Shown in pieces: positions 38,078 through 48,394 of a stretch of DNA of 51,484 nt. The stretch's first letter is position 1, and each line of letters starts with the position of its first letter. The stretch lies in the NCBI GenBank assembly GCA_034666465.1, contig JAXDLT010000134.1:1-51484 (forward strand), read 5' to 3'. The position numbers were made by a program, and so were the translations under genes. This DNA is from Chloroflexota bacterium (lineage in GTDB: Bacteria > Chloroflexota > Dormibacteria > Aeolococcales > Aeolococcaceae). A model generated the notes under the pieces. The model had not been told where the DNA came from, ran no database searches, and saw only the letters and a program-made list of their open reading frames with translations.

Positions 38078-39223
38078 GTGGCCGAGTCGGTCCGTGAGAA
38101 GGAGGGCGGGAGGCAGGTGGTGCCGCGTCCCGGTGGACGGTGGCGCGCGCTGCGATTCGCTGCCATCGCGGCCTGCCTGCTGGCGAGCGTGTCGAGCATC
38201 GCGCACGGCAGGGTGGCGACTCCCTCGACGCTGCAGCTTCGCGGCGTCGACCTCCACTCGCTGTGGGACGGCTCCACCGACTCGGACATGGATCGCGAGC
38301 TCGATCTCGCTCGCGGTGCGCACAGCAACGCCGTGCGCATCGACGTCGGATGGGCCACGCTCGAGGGTGAGGGCCCCGGCACGATGGACCCGGGGTACAC
38401 GTCGAGGATGGATCGCTTCCTTCGCGGAGCCGCCTCGCGCGGCATGGCCGTCATCGCCACCCTCTGGGAGACCCCCTGCTGGGCATCGAGTGCTCCCGCG
38501 GCGCTGAGAGACGGGTGCAGGGGCGCGTGGTGGGACCGCCACGTCGGCGAGTACCCGCCCACGGATCCCTCCGGCTACGCGCAGATCGCCGCGTGGATGG
38601 CGACCCGCTACGGGTCGAGCCTCGCTGCCCTCGAGGTCTGGAACGAGCCGGACAGCGCCGCCAACGGCTTCTGGGTCTCGCCCCATGCCGCGGCTGACTA
38701 CGCCGCCCTGCTTCGACCGACCTACGCGGCGGTGAAGCACGCGAACCCCGCCGTCCAGGTCATCGCGGGCGCACTCTCGTCGCCCGATCCCCGGTTCCTG
38801 CAGCAGCTGTACGCCAACGGCATCCGAGGGTTCTACGACGGCATCTCCGTCCACGTGTACAGCGGGGACCTGGGCCCGGACCAGGGAGCGGGCACGCCGC
38901 AGAATGCGTTCTCCGGCGGGCTGCCATCGGTCCGCCAGCTCCAGCAGAAGGTCGGCGACAGCGCGCCGCTCTGGGTCACCGAGTTCGGGTGGACGACTGC
39001 GGTGAGCCCGTCCTCGCACGTGACCGAGCAGCAGCAGGCGGCGTACGTGGCACGGGCGGTGGTGATCCTCGGTTCCCTCCCCTACGTCCACGGCGGGATC
39101 GTCTACAACCTCCGTGACACGGGTGTCGATCCGAACGCGGTCGAGGACAACTTCGGCCTGGTCAGACGGGACTACGTGCTCAAGCCGGCCTACGGCGCTC
39201 TGACCCGGGAGTTCGCCCGCTGA
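38078..39223 (+). CDS. Secreted clan GH-A glycoside hydrolase (GH39/GH5-like)
   Basis: Signal-like N-terminus; acid/base WNEP and nucleophile VTEFG; ISVHVY; NFGL. Confidence 0.85.
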   Translation: MAESVREKEGGRQVVPRPGGRWRALRFAAIAACLLASVSSIAHGRVATPSTLQLRGVDLHSLWDGSTDSDMDRELDLARGAHSNAVRIDVGWATLEGEGPGTMDPGYTSRMDRFLRGAASRGMAVIATLWETPCWASSAPAALRDGCRGAWWDRHVGEYPPTDPSGYAQIAAWMATRYGSSLAALEVWNEPDSAANGFWVSPHAAADYAALLRPTYAAVKHANPAVQVIAGALSSPDPRFLQQLYANGIRGFYDGISVHVYSGDLGPDQGAGTPQNAFSGGLPSVRQLQQKVGDSAPLWVTEFGWTTAVSPSSHVTEQQQAAYVARAVVILGSLPYVHGGIVYNLRDTGVDPNAVEDNFGLVRRDYVLKPAYGALTREFAR

Positions 39224-39237
39224 CACGCTCCACCGGT

Positions 39238-40752
39238 GTGGCTCGCGCCGGGCCGACCGCGACCGTCCGCCCAGCCGCGGTGCGCGTGGCCCGGAACACG
39301 GCGCTGCGCGCCACCGCGGAGGTGGTGGGAAAGATCGCATCGCTGCTCGTCTTCGCGGGCATCGCGCGGTCCCTGGGGCGGGAGACGCTGGGTGACTACG
39401 TCTTCTCGCTCTCCCTGGTCCAGATCATCTACGCGGTGGCGGGCTTCGGCCTGGACCGGATGGCGATGCGCGACATCGCCCGCGATCGCGACGCCCTGCG
39501 CGGCCTCTTCTATCACCAGATGGTCTTCAAGCTCGCGCTCGGCGCCCTCGGCCTCGTGGTCGCCGACCTCGGTGTCCTCGCCCTCGGCTACCCTCGGCAG
39601 GTCGTCGTGGTCGTCGCCGTGCTCGGCGCGGCCCAGCTCCTCGCCCTGCTGAGCTGCACTCCGCTCGCGGTGTTCCAGGCCCACGAGCAGATGGAGTACT
39701 ACTTCGCGGCGGCGGTGCCGAACAAGGTCCTCGCGTCGCTCTTCGGCCTGGTCGCGCTCGTCGCCCACACCGGCATCGTCGGTGTCGCCGTGGCCAACCT
39801 CATCGCCTCGGTGCTCGCGCTCGGGCTGGCGATCTGGCTCGTCTACCGGCACTTCGCGCGGCCCCACCCGCGGGTGCGAGCGGGCGACTGGCCGCGCCTC
39901 GTCCTGGTCGCAGGGCCCTTCGCGCTCCAGGAGATCCTCGGCCAGATCGTGTTCCGGATCGACGTGGTGCTGCTGTCGCTGTTCACCAGCAACTCGGTGG
40001 TCGGGGCGTACGGGGCCGCCGCCCGGCTCCTCGAGGCGACGCTGTTCCTGGCCTGGTCGTCGGGTGCCTCGGTGCTCCCCATGTTCTCGTACCTGGGGCG
40101 TGACTCGCTGCCCTCCCTGGACCGTGCGTACCGGGCCTCGCTCACCTTCGTCGGTGGCATGGTGGTGCCCGTCGCGGTCACGCTGTTCGTCTGTGCGGGG
40201 CCGATCGTCAGCCTCCTCTACGGGCGTCGCTACGACGACGCGGTGCCGGTGCTGCGGTGGCTGTCCTTTGCGGTCGTGGCCTACTCCGTCGGCTACATCG
40301 CCGGGACCCTGGTCCTGGTGCGGCGGCCCGGCCGCCTGACGGTGATGGTCACCGCCGTCGCTGCAGCGGCGAACGTCCTCCTGAACCTGGTGCTCATCCC
40401 GACCCTCGCCGCGGTGGGCGCCGCGGTGGCGACGCTGGCCACGGAGGTCCTGCTCACCACCATGCTGATGGTCCTGACCCGGCGGGTGGTGCCGGCGCCG
40501 GGCTGGGGGCCGTCGGCCGCCGCGGTGGCGCTGAGCGGAGCGCTGATGGGCGCTGCGATGATCCCGTTCGCGGGCCGGCTCGCGGTCGCCGTGCCCGTCG
40601 GCGTGGTCACGTATGTCGTGGCGCTCGCGGTGGTGGGGTCCAGGCTGGCCGGAGAGGACGCCGCCTTCGTGCGCGCGCACCTGGCTCGATCGCGGCCCCC
40701 TGCACCAACCCAGGGGGCCGCAATCGGGTCTATCGGCGACTCGCTCCCGTGA
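39238..40752 (+). CDS. Wzx-type polysaccharide flippase
   Basis: VARNT, IARSLG..LGDY, RIDVVLL, VGAYGAA, NVLLNLVLIP; many TM helices. Confidence 0.9.
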   Translation: MARAGPTATVRPAAVRVARNTALRATAEVVGKIASLLVFAGIARSLGRETLGDYVFSLSLVQIIYAVAGFGLDRMAMRDIARDRDALRGLFYHQMVFKLALGALGLVVADLGVLALGYPRQVVVVVAVLGAAQLLALLSCTPLAVFQAHEQMEYYFAAAVPNKVLASLFGLVALVAHTGIVGVAVANLIASVLALGLAIWLVYRHFARPHPRVRAGDWPRLVLVAGPFALQEILGQIVFRIDVVLLSLFTSNSVVGAYGAAARLLEATLFLAWSSGASVLPMFSYLGRDSLPSLDRAYRASLTFVGGMVVPVAVTLFVCAGPIVSLLYGRRYDDAVPVLRWLSFAVVAYSVGYIAGTLVLVRRPGRLTVMVTAVAAAANVLLNLVLIPTLAAVGAAVATLATEVLLTTMLMVLTRRVVPAPGWGPSAAAVALSGALMGAAMIPFAGRLAVAVPVGVVTYVVALAVVGSRLAGEDAAFVRAHLARSRPPAPTQGAAIGSIGDSLP

Positions 40753-40864
40753 TTAGGCTCGGCTGAGCACAGCGGACCTGAGGGGGTGAGACGGGAATGC
40801 GCACAGACTGGCGCCGGGCAATGGTCACCGGTACGCACGGGCGCGCCGCGGGTGGTGACGGCTG

Positions 40865-41227
40865 ATGCAGCCGCTGTCCCGCCGCCGCGATGCCGGGCTG
40901 CAGCGCAGCCTCTCGCACGCAGAGGCGGAGCTCCTGTACCTTCGCGAGGAGAACACGCGGCTGCGCCTGGAGCGCGCGTCTGAACCGCCGGTGATTGCGG
41001 AATCGCCCGCAGACGGCGGTTGCGGTCTCGACAGCACGCTGGCCGCGGAGGTGCTGCTCGTGAAGGAGCGCCTGCTCGAGGTGTGCGAGAGGCTCGAGAC
41101 CGCGCTGAGGTCGGCTCGAGACGTGCTGGGCGGGCCGGTGCTCCTCGAGGGTGGCGGCGACGAGGAGCTGCCCGACGCTCACCCGCGCGTCGCGACGCTC
41201 TCCGACGGCTCACGGGCGCCGATGTGA
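40865..41227 (+). CDS. Hypothetical coiled-coil protein (120 aa)
   Basis: AELLYLREENTRLRL and a second helix VKERLLEVCERLETAL; GTGA coupling to the next gene. Confidence 0.65.
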   Translation: MQPLSRRRDAGLQRSLSHAEAELLYLREENTRLRLERASEPPVIAESPADGGCGLDSTLAAEVLLVKERLLEVCERLETALRSARDVLGGPVLLEGGGDEELPDAHPRVATLSDGSRAPM

Positions 41228-42681
41228 GCGGCCCGTCGTCGGAGGTGCACCGCCGTCCGGGGTCCGAGCACCCGCGCGTGCTCCTGAGCGTCGACCGGCT
41301 GGACGAGGCTCCGGGCCTCGCTGCGTGGGTCCTCATGCTGGTGCGCGGCACTCCGGAGGTCCGCTGGCTGGTCCAGTCCGTGCGCACACCGGGCTGCCCG
41401 TCGCCGCGCCCGCTCCGCCTGCCACCCAACGCCCGCAGCCTGCGGCCGCTCGTTCCCAGGCCGGTACGGCGGCTGCCGTCCGTCGGGTGGCCGGCGGTGA
41501 CCCGGCCCACCCTCCCCGAGGATCTGGCACGGGGGCTGCTCGGGCAGGGCCACGACCCCTTCGCCGTGGTGGACGCGCTGGTGCGCTGCCGCCTCAGCCC
41601 GGCCCTGGCCGCCCGCGAGTTCCGCTCCGCACAGGGCCGTGCCGCGGTCGCCGAGGTCGTCCGCGTGGCGATCGAGGCGGAACCCTCGATCCCGGCCGGG
41701 CCGGACGGGACGGAGGTGGCGCGCGCCGTCGAGGCGCTGTGGGCCATCGCCTCCACCGCGGCGGCCCCCATCCCGGCCGTCGACATGGTGCACGCCGTCT
41801 CGGCGGGACCCGCCGCGATCCCGGGGATCGTCCAGCGTGCCCTGCACGGCACACCGCTGGTCCTCACCGAGCACGACCTGCCGGTCGACGACGGCGGTCT
41901 GCACCGGATGGTCGGCGGGCACAGCGCGACGGCGTGCTTCCTGCGCACGCGCCTGGCTCACGGGCTCGCGCGTGCCGCATACGCGACCGCCGACCTCGTC
42001 GCCCCCACGACGGTGACGCTGGCGGAGCTGCAGGTTGCCCAGGGAGCCTCACCGGACCGCGTCCGGGTGATTCGCGGAGGCGTCGCCGGCGCCCCACCGC
42101 CGCCGCCTCCCGCGACCGCCGGGGTGGTGGTGTCCCTCGGCCGCACGCATCCCGACGGCGGGGTGCACACCGCGCTCCGGGTCGCCGCGGAGGTGGTGCG
42201 CCGCTTCCCCGACGTGAGCTTCCTGCACCTGGGGGAGGGGTCACACGGCCAGCGCCCCCACCGGGATGCCTGCACCGCACTCCACCGCGAGCTGGGGCTC
42301 GGGGACCGCTTCCGCTTCCTGGAGGCGGGGTGCGATCGCCGGCGCGTGATCGGGATGGGCACCGTGGTGCTGCTCGCGGGCGAGCTCGCGGCCAGCACCG
42401 GCCTCCTGCTCGAGGTGATGGCCGAGGAGCGGCCGGTGGTCGCCCCCCGGCTGCACGCCGGCCCGGAGCTGCTGGGCGGATGCGGCCTGCTGGCCGCCCC
42501 CGGCGACGTGGGCGGCCTGGCGACGGCGGTCTGCACGCTGCTGCGCAGCCCGGCGCTCGCTCAGGAGCTGGGGCGGCGCGCCCGGGCCCGGGTGGTCGGT
42601 CAGTACGGCGAATGGCAGAGCCTGCAGGCCTATCGCGCGATCTTCAGCGCCCTGTCCCGGCGGTTCGGAGAGGCAGCGTGA
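41224..42681 (+). CDS. PelF-like GT4 glycosyltransferase, divergent
   Basis: VHAVSAG..G....HGTPLVLTEH, AY..ADL, VRVIRGGV, GLGDRFRFL, LLEVMA..RPVVA. Confidence 0.75.
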   Translation: MSGPSSEVHRRPGSEHPRVLLSVDRLDEAPGLAAWVLMLVRGTPEVRWLVQSVRTPGCPSPRPLRLPPNARSLRPLVPRPVRRLPSVGWPAVTRPTLPEDLARGLLGQGHDPFAVVDALVRCRLSPALAAREFRSAQGRAAVAEVVRVAIEAEPSIPAGPDGTEVARAVEALWAIASTAAAPIPAVDMVHAVSAGPAAIPGIVQRALHGTPLVLTEHDLPVDDGGLHRMVGGHSATACFLRTRLAHGLARAAYATADLVAPTTVTLAELQVAQGASPDRVRVIRGGVAGAPPPPPPATAGVVVSLGRTHPDGGVHTALRVAAEVVRRFPDVSFLHLGEGSHGQRPHRDACTALHRELGLGDRFRFLEAGCDRRRVIGMGTVVLLAGELAASTGLLLEVMAEERPVVAPRLHAGPELLGGCGLLAAPGDVGGLATAVCTLLRSPALAQELGRRARARVVGQYGEWQSLQAYRAIFSALSRRFGEAA

Positions 42682-44129
42682 ACCCCGGGGTGTCCGCGCT
42701 CGAGGAACGGCTCGCCGCGGTCCCGCGACCGCTGGTGCCGGCCGGTGCCTGGGTGGTCGGTGTGGGGCTGCTGGACGGCATCCTGGGCACGCTCGCCGCG
42801 CGCCTCGGCCTGCTGGTCCAGCTGCACCGGGTCCCCGGCCAGCCGGTCGTGATCGACACCGGCGCCGTGATGGTGCTCGCCGCCCCCGTCTGGGTGGGTG
42901 TGCTGGGGCTCGGAGGTGCGTATCACCGTCACCTGGCGCATGCGGGGACGGAGGAGGCCCGGCGGGTCGTCAACGCGGCGGTGTGGCTGCTGGCCGGTAT
43001 CGGCTTCGCATCCTTCGCGCTGCACGCCGACCTCTCCCGCGGCACGGTTGCCGTCTCCCTTCCCCTGGCGACGGGGCTGACCCTGGCCGGGCGCTGGAGC
43101 GCTCGCCGGGCGCTGAACGGCTGGCTGCCCCGGGGCGGGCCGATGCACCGTGCCGTGGTGGTCGGCGCCGAGGACGACGCGGCGAGGGTCGGCAGGCGCC
43201 TGCTCCGAAGCGGCCGCAGCGGCTTCGCCGTGGTGGGGACGTACGCCCCGCTCCACCGCGCGCCCGGCGCGCCACGTGAGGGTGGCCGTGCTCTCGTCAC
43301 CGTCACCGCGGACATCCTCGCCACCGCCCGCCATCTGGGCGCCGACACCGTCGTCGTCGCGGGCGGCGCGCTGGCCGACGATGAGCTGCGACGGCTCTCC
43401 TGGGCCCTGGAGGGCAGCGGAACCCGGCTGCTCACCGCCCCGCTCACCGATCTCCTGGGTGGCCGGGTGATCAGCCTGCGGGTCGAGGGACTGTCGCTCC
43501 TGGAGATCGAGGAGCCGGCCTTCACCGGAGCGCGGCGGCTCGTCAAGGCCGCTCTCGATCGCTCCATCGGGCTGCTCCTCGTGGTTCTGCTGGCCCCGCT
43601 GCTGGCCGCGATCGCAGGCGTCATCCGCCTGTCGGACGGCGGCCCCGCCCTGTTCCGCCAGGTGCGGCTGGGCCTGCACGGGGAGGAGTTCACCATCCAC
43701 AAGTTCCGCACCATGCGCGTCGGCGCCGATTGCGAGTACCGGCGGCTGGTGGAGGCCGGTGGCGGGGGCGGAGTGCTCTTCAAGCTGACCGCGGATCCGC
43801 GTGTGACCCTGGTCGGACGCTTCCTGCGCCGCTCCTCACTCGACGAGCTGCCGCAGCTCTGGGACGTCGTGTCCGGATCGATGTCCCTGGTGGGCCCCCG
43901 GCCGCAGCGTGCCGAGGAGGTGGCCCGCTACCACCCCGACGCCCACCGGCGGCTGCTGGTCAAGCCCGGGATGACCGGCCTGTGGCAGGTGAGCGGCCGC
44001 TCACAGCTGAGCTGGGAGGAGGCGCTGCAGCTCGACCTGCACTACATCGAGAACTGGTCGTTGAGGCTCGACCTGGTGCTGTTGTGGCGGACCGTCGCCG
44101 TCGTTCTCGGCGCTCGAGGTGCCTACTGA
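42678..44129 (+). CDS. Polyprenyl-phosphate glycosyl-1-phosphate (priming) transferase, WcaJ-like
   Basis: KFRTM, DPRVT.VGRFLRRSSLDELPQL, MSLVGPRP, KPGMTGLWQVSGRS, DLHYIENWSL. Confidence 0.95.
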   Translation: MNPGVSALEERLAAVPRPLVPAGAWVVGVGLLDGILGTLAARLGLLVQLHRVPGQPVVIDTGAVMVLAAPVWVGVLGLGGAYHRHLAHAGTEEARRVVNAAVWLLAGIGFASFALHADLSRGTVAVSLPLATGLTLAGRWSARRALNGWLPRGGPMHRAVVVGAEDDAARVGRRLLRSGRSGFAVVGTYAPLHRAPGAPREGGRALVTVTADILATARHLGADTVVVAGGALADDELRRLSWALEGSGTRLLTAPLTDLLGGRVISLRVEGLSLLEIEEPAFTGARRLVKAALDRSIGLLLVVLLAPLLAAIAGVIRLSDGGPALFRQVRLGLHGEEFTIHKFRTMRVGADCEYRRLVEAGGGGGVLFKLTADPRVTLVGRFLRRSSLDELPQLWDVVSGSMSLVGPRPQRAEEVARYHPDAHRRLLVKPGMTGLWQVSGRSQLSWEEALQLDLHYIENWSLRLDLVLLWRTVAVVLGARGAY

Positions 44130-44130
44130 G

Positions 44131-45882
44131 ATGGGAAGCGTTCGCCCCGGCCGCATGACCTCGCCGCGCCCCGCGGGCGTGATCGGCGGCGCCGCACCGC
44201 GCCGGATGGTGGCGCTCCTGCGCGCGTACGGGCTGCTCGTGACCGTCCTCGTCCTGACCGGGGCCGTGGTCGGGTTCGCCGCCAACCGGAAGCTGGCGGC
44301 CACTCCCGCGTACCGCGCCACGGGGACGGTTCGTGTGCTCGGCCAGGTGGCCACCGGGATCACCGGGCTGCCGGTCACGGCCGCCGACGAGGTCAGCACC
44401 GACGCCGCCCTGATGACCGAGGCACCGCTTCTCGGCAGGGTGATCACCGACCTGCAGCTGCCGATGCGGCTCGAGGACCTGCAGCGCGAGGTCGCGGTGA
44501 CGCCCGAGAGCAAGGGGGAGCTCGTCGACGTGACCGTCGTCGACGCGGTCCCGTCGCGCGCAGCGCTGATCGCCAACCGCCTGATGGAGGACTTCACCGC
44601 GCAGGTCTCCGACCAGGTCAAGGCCCGTGCGTTCAAGAAGTCGACCGCGTACGAGATCGAGGGCGACCGGCTGGTGCAGGCCCTCCACGATGCTCAGGCG
44701 CGCCTGCTCGCAGCCCAGCAGGCGGGCCGGGACCTCACCGGTCCGAGCCGGGACGTGGAGACGACGACGAGCCTCCTCGCCCAGGAGCGGGCGCTCTACA
44801 GCGGTTTCCTGGTGGGCGTGGGGAACGCCGTCGACGACCTGGTCGTGGTGACGGCGCCGGCGAGCGTGCCGGCGCAGCCGCTCCCCAGGGCGACGGTCAC
44901 CCATGTCCTGCTCGGTGTCCTCGGCGGTCTGGCCGTCGCCCTCGGCATCGTCCTCCTTCTCGAACGCGTCGATCCCCGGCTGCGTGACGCGGACGACGTC
45001 AGGGAGAGGCTGGGGCTGCCCACCGTCGGCGCCATCCCGGCGCCGCCGCGGCCGCGTTCCCGAGACCACGGCCTGCGGAGTGGCGCGGCGATGACGCCGG
45101 CCGCCGCCGAGGCGTTCGGACGGCTGCGCGCCAACCTGCTGGGCAGCCCGTGGGCGGCCTCCTGCACCAGCCTGGTGGTCACCTCCGCGTCCCCGAGCGA
45201 GGGGAGCTCGCTGATCGCCGCCAGGCTCGCCGAGGCGCTGGCGAGGGCGGGCCGGCGTGTCGTCCTGGTCGATGCCGACATGCGCACCCCTGCGCAGCAC
45301 CACCACTTCGACAAGCCGCTCGAGCCCGGCCTCGCCGAGCATCTGGCCTGTCCGGATCGGGGGCGGCCCCCGGCCCTCGTGGCCCATCCCACGAGCACCG
45401 CCAACCTCACGGTGGTGACCGCCGGCCGCGCCCCCGACGACCCCGCGGGGCTGCTCGCCTCCCGCCGGCTCCGGACCCTGGTCGGGGCTCTCGAGCGCCG
45501 CCACGACGTCGTCGTCATCGACGCGCCGGCGGTCGCGCCGGTGCCGGATACCCTCTCCGTCGCCGCCTGCGCGTCGGCCACGCTGCTGGTGGTCGTGGCG
45601 GACCGCACCGGGGTCTCGCCGGCGATGCGGGCGGTGGATGCGCTGCGCGGTGCCGGCGGCAGCGTGCTCGGCGTCATCCTCGACCGGGCGAGCGGGTCCG
45701 TCCTCACCGACGTGGCCGGCTCGGCGGTCGTCGACGGCGACGGCGAGCCGGCCGGCTGGGCCGCGAACCGCCCACCCCGTCCGGTGGCCGGACCCCTCGC
45801 GCCCTACGAGGCGGTCGGGCGCGACGGCACCAATGGAAGGCCGGATCCCGAGATGTCGCCGCCGCCGGCCGCCCGCCCATGA
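44131..45882 (+). CDS. Polysaccharide co-polymerase/BY-kinase (Wzc-like) with degenerate Walker A
   Basis: Two TM segments, AEAFGRLRANL, TSASPSEGSS, LVDADMR, VVIDAP. Confidence 0.88.
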   Translation: MGSVRPGRMTSPRPAGVIGGAAPRRMVALLRAYGLLVTVLVLTGAVVGFAANRKLAATPAYRATGTVRVLGQVATGITGLPVTAADEVSTDAALMTEAPLLGRVITDLQLPMRLEDLQREVAVTPESKGELVDVTVVDAVPSRAALIANRLMEDFTAQVSDQVKARAFKKSTAYEIEGDRLVQALHDAQARLLAAQQAGRDLTGPSRDVETTTSLLAQERALYSGFLVGVGNAVDDLVVVTAPASVPAQPLPRATVTHVLLGVLGGLAVALGIVLLLERVDPRLRDADDVRERLGLPTVGAIPAPPRPRSRDHGLRSGAAMTPAAAEAFGRLRANLLGSPWAASCTSLVVTSASPSEGSSLIAARLAEALARAGRRVVLVDADMRTPAQHHHFDKPLEPGLAEHLACPDRGRPPALVAHPTSTANLTVVTAGRAPDDPAGLLASRRLRTLVGALERRHDVVVIDAPAVAPVPDTLSVAACASATLLVVVADRTGVSPAMRAVDALRGAGGSVLGVILDRASGSVLTDVAGSAVVDGDGEPAGWAANRPPRPVAGPLAPYEAVGRDGTNGRPDPEMSPPPAARP

Positions 45883-47267
45883 GCCTGCTCGCGGCGACCA
45901 GGGCGCCGGCGCCGGGGATCGCCGTTCCACGGGCGGTCGGGCTGGCGCTCGGCCTGGTGGCGACCGTCGCCCTCGTCGCCGCCGTGGAGGCGCTCGCCAA
46001 CGCCACCACCGTGGTCGTCGCCCTCGGCGGCGTCGCCGGGCTCGTGCTGTGCGCCGCCGTCCTCGCCAGGCCGATGATCGGGCTGTACGCGCTCACCCTC
46101 GCCGTTCCCCTCGAGGGGATCATCGTGCCCGGCGGCGGCACCCTGCTGTCTCCGGCGAAGGCGCTCATCGTGCTCACCGGGCTGGCCGCCGGCGGCCGGC
46201 TCCTCCTCACCCGCACCGGTCAGCGGTGGCACCTGGCACATCTCGCGTTCGGCGTCCTGCTCGCGGACCTCGCTCTCGGCACGCTCGCCGCCGAGGACGC
46301 CTTCACCGTGGCGAAGATCCTCGTCATCTGGACGGCGGTCTTCCTCATCAGCCTCCACGTGGCCCTCCTCGGCCCGCGCGAGGTGCGCCGGATCCTCGCC
46401 TGCCTGGTGGTGAGCGGCGGCGTCGTCGGGGGCGTCGCCCTGGTGACCCAGCGCGCCCAGCAGCTCACGGACGGCGGCGCCGTGGTCAGCGGGCGCGCCC
46501 AGGCGGTCTTCGCGCACCCGGGCGTGCTCGCCTTCTTCCTCGTTCTCCAGCTGCCCGTGGCCCTCGTGCTCGCGGTCGGCGGACCTCGCCGCCTGCGTCC
46601 GCTGATGGTGGTCTGCGCGGTCATCGCGGCCGTCGCGCTCCTCCTGACGCTGACCCGGTCGGCGATCATCGGCGCCGGCTGCGGCCTCCTCCTGCTCGGA
46701 CTGCTGTCCTCGTCGCGGCGGGTCCTGCTCGTCGTCGCGCTCGGCACGGTGGCGGCACTGACCACCGCGTCCTCGCTGTCGGGTGAGCTCGGCATCGTCG
46801 CGGTGCGGCTGGCCACGGTCAGCGACGGCCTCGACACCGGCGGCCAGCGGGCGGAGATCTGGGCCGTGACCCCGCGCATCATCGCGGACCACCCGCTGCT
46901 CGGGGTGGGGGCCGGCAACTTCGGCGTGGTGTCCTCCCGCTACGGGCTGCACGACGTCGACACGTCGACCACCACCCTGCTCCCGTTCGACCACGCCCAC
47001 AACGTCCCGCTCACCATCGCCGCCGAGCAGGGGATCCCCGGTCTGGCGGCCCTGGCCGTGTTCGGGCTCGGCTGCCTGTCGCTCATGGTCCGCGCCGTGC
47101 GCGGGCGCGGGATCGCGGACCGCCAGCTGGCCCTGGGGCTGACGGCGGCGCTGCTGGGGCTCGCCGTCGTCGGCGCCACCGACTTCCCGGTGCGCACCGA
47201 CGTCATCGTCGCCGCCGCGATGATCGACGTCGGCGCGTTGATCGCCCTGGTGCGACATGGAGCGTGA
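45879..47267 (+). CDS. O-antigen ligase/Wzy-like polymerase
   Basis: Polytopic; RAQAVFAHP, TLTRSA, RAEIW, PLLGVGAGNF, HAHNVPL..AAEQG. Confidence 0.9.
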   Translation: MSLLAATRAPAPGIAVPRAVGLALGLVATVALVAAVEALANATTVVVALGGVAGLVLCAAVLARPMIGLYALTLAVPLEGIIVPGGGTLLSPAKALIVLTGLAAGGRLLLTRTGQRWHLAHLAFGVLLADLALGTLAAEDAFTVAKILVIWTAVFLISLHVALLGPREVRRILACLVVSGGVVGGVALVTQRAQQLTDGGAVVSGRAQAVFAHPGVLAFFLVLQLPVALVLAVGGPRRLRPLMVVCAVIAAVALLLTLTRSAIIGAGCGLLLLGLLSSSRRVLLVVALGTVAALTTASSLSGELGIVAVRLATVSDGLDTGGQRAEIWAVTPRIIADHPLLGVGAGNFGVVSSRYGLHDVDTSTTTLLPFDHAHNVPLTIAAEQGIPGLAALAVFGLGCLSLMVRAVRGRGIADRQLALGLTAALLGLAVVGATDFPVRTDVIVAAAMIDVGALIALVRHGA

Positions 47268-48393
47268 GCGCGGGCGGCGGCGGGTGCTGCAGGTGTTCGA
47301 GCCGCCGGACGGCGGGGTCGCCGAGAACGTCATGCAGCTCTCGCTCGGCCTGGGCGGCCACGGCTGGGATGTCACCGTCGCCGGCCCGGCGGGGTCGCAG
47401 ATCACCGAGTGCCTGCGTGCCGCGGACGTGTCCGTGGTCGAGATGGACGCGCTGCGCCGTGGCTACGACAGCCCGCGGCGGGAGGCGATCGCCCTCGCCG
47501 GCCTGGTCGGCATCCTCCGCCGCGGGCGGTTCGACGTCGTCCACTGCCACTCCTCGAAGGCGGGGGCTCTGGGCCGGGTGGCGGCGGCGCTGGTCGGCCT
47601 GCCGAGCGTCTACAGCCCGCACTGCTTCGGCTTCGTCGGCGAGGTCGGCCGGCTCCGCCGGAGCGCCGTCGCGGGAGCCGAGCGGATCCTGGGACGCGCC
47701 ACCTCGGCGATCATCTGCGCCTGCCACGACGAGCGACGCCGCGCGCTCGACGCCGGCGTGGCCCCGCCGGCCCGGCTCCGCGTCGTCTACCACGGCTGTT
47801 CGCCGTGCCCGTCGCCGGAGATCGACGGCGACCTGGCACGCTTCCGCGGCGACGGCCTGCTGGTGGTGGCGGTGACGGCGCTGCGCTCGCAGAAGCGCAT
47901 CGACGTCCTCATCGACGCCGCTCCGCGACTGCTCCGCGAGGTGTCCGACGCCCGCATCGCCGTGGTCGGCAACGGGCCCGTTCGCGACCAGCTGGTCGCC
48001 CGCGCCGCAGGGCTCGGCCTGCTGGACGGAGGGCGCTTCACGTTCCTCCCGTTCCGGCCGCCGAGCGCCCGCTTCCTCCACGCCGCGGACCTCTTCGTGC
48101 TGCCGTCCGCCTGGGAGGGGCTCCCCATCGCCCTCCTCGAGGCCCTCGCCTGCGGCCGAGCCCAGGTGGCCACCAACGTCGGTGGGAACCCCGAGGTGGT
48201 GACCTCGGAGACCGGCATCCTGGTGCCCTCCGGTGATCCGGGGGCGCTGGCGACCGCCCTCGCCGAGCTGCTCCGCGACGACCGGCGGCGGCGCCGCGCC
48301 GAGGCGGCGGCGCGGCGCCGGCACCGCGAGCTCTTCCTCCTCGACAGGATGGTCGCCGAGACCGCCGGCGTCTATGCCACGGTCACCGGCTGA
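47257..48393 (+). CDS. GT4 glycosyltransferase
   Basis: DGG, VHCHSSKAG, QKR, PSAWEGLPIALLEA (EX7E). Confidence 0.95.
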   Translation: MERERGRRRVLQVFEPPDGGVAENVMQLSLGLGGHGWDVTVAGPAGSQITECLRAADVSVVEMDALRRGYDSPRREAIALAGLVGILRRGRFDVVHCHSSKAGALGRVAAALVGLPSVYSPHCFGFVGEVGRLRRSAVAGAERILGRATSAIICACHDERRRALDAGVAPPARLRVVYHGCSPCPSPEIDGDLARFRGDGLLVVAVTALRSQKRIDVLIDAAPRLLREVSDARIAVVGNGPVRDQLVARAAGLGLLDGGRFTFLPFRPPSARFLHAADLFVLPSAWEGLPIALLEALACGRAQVATNVGGNPEVVTSETGILVPSGDPGALATALAELLRDDRRRRRAEAAARRRHRELFLLDRMVAETAGVYATVTG

Positions 48394-48394
48394 C

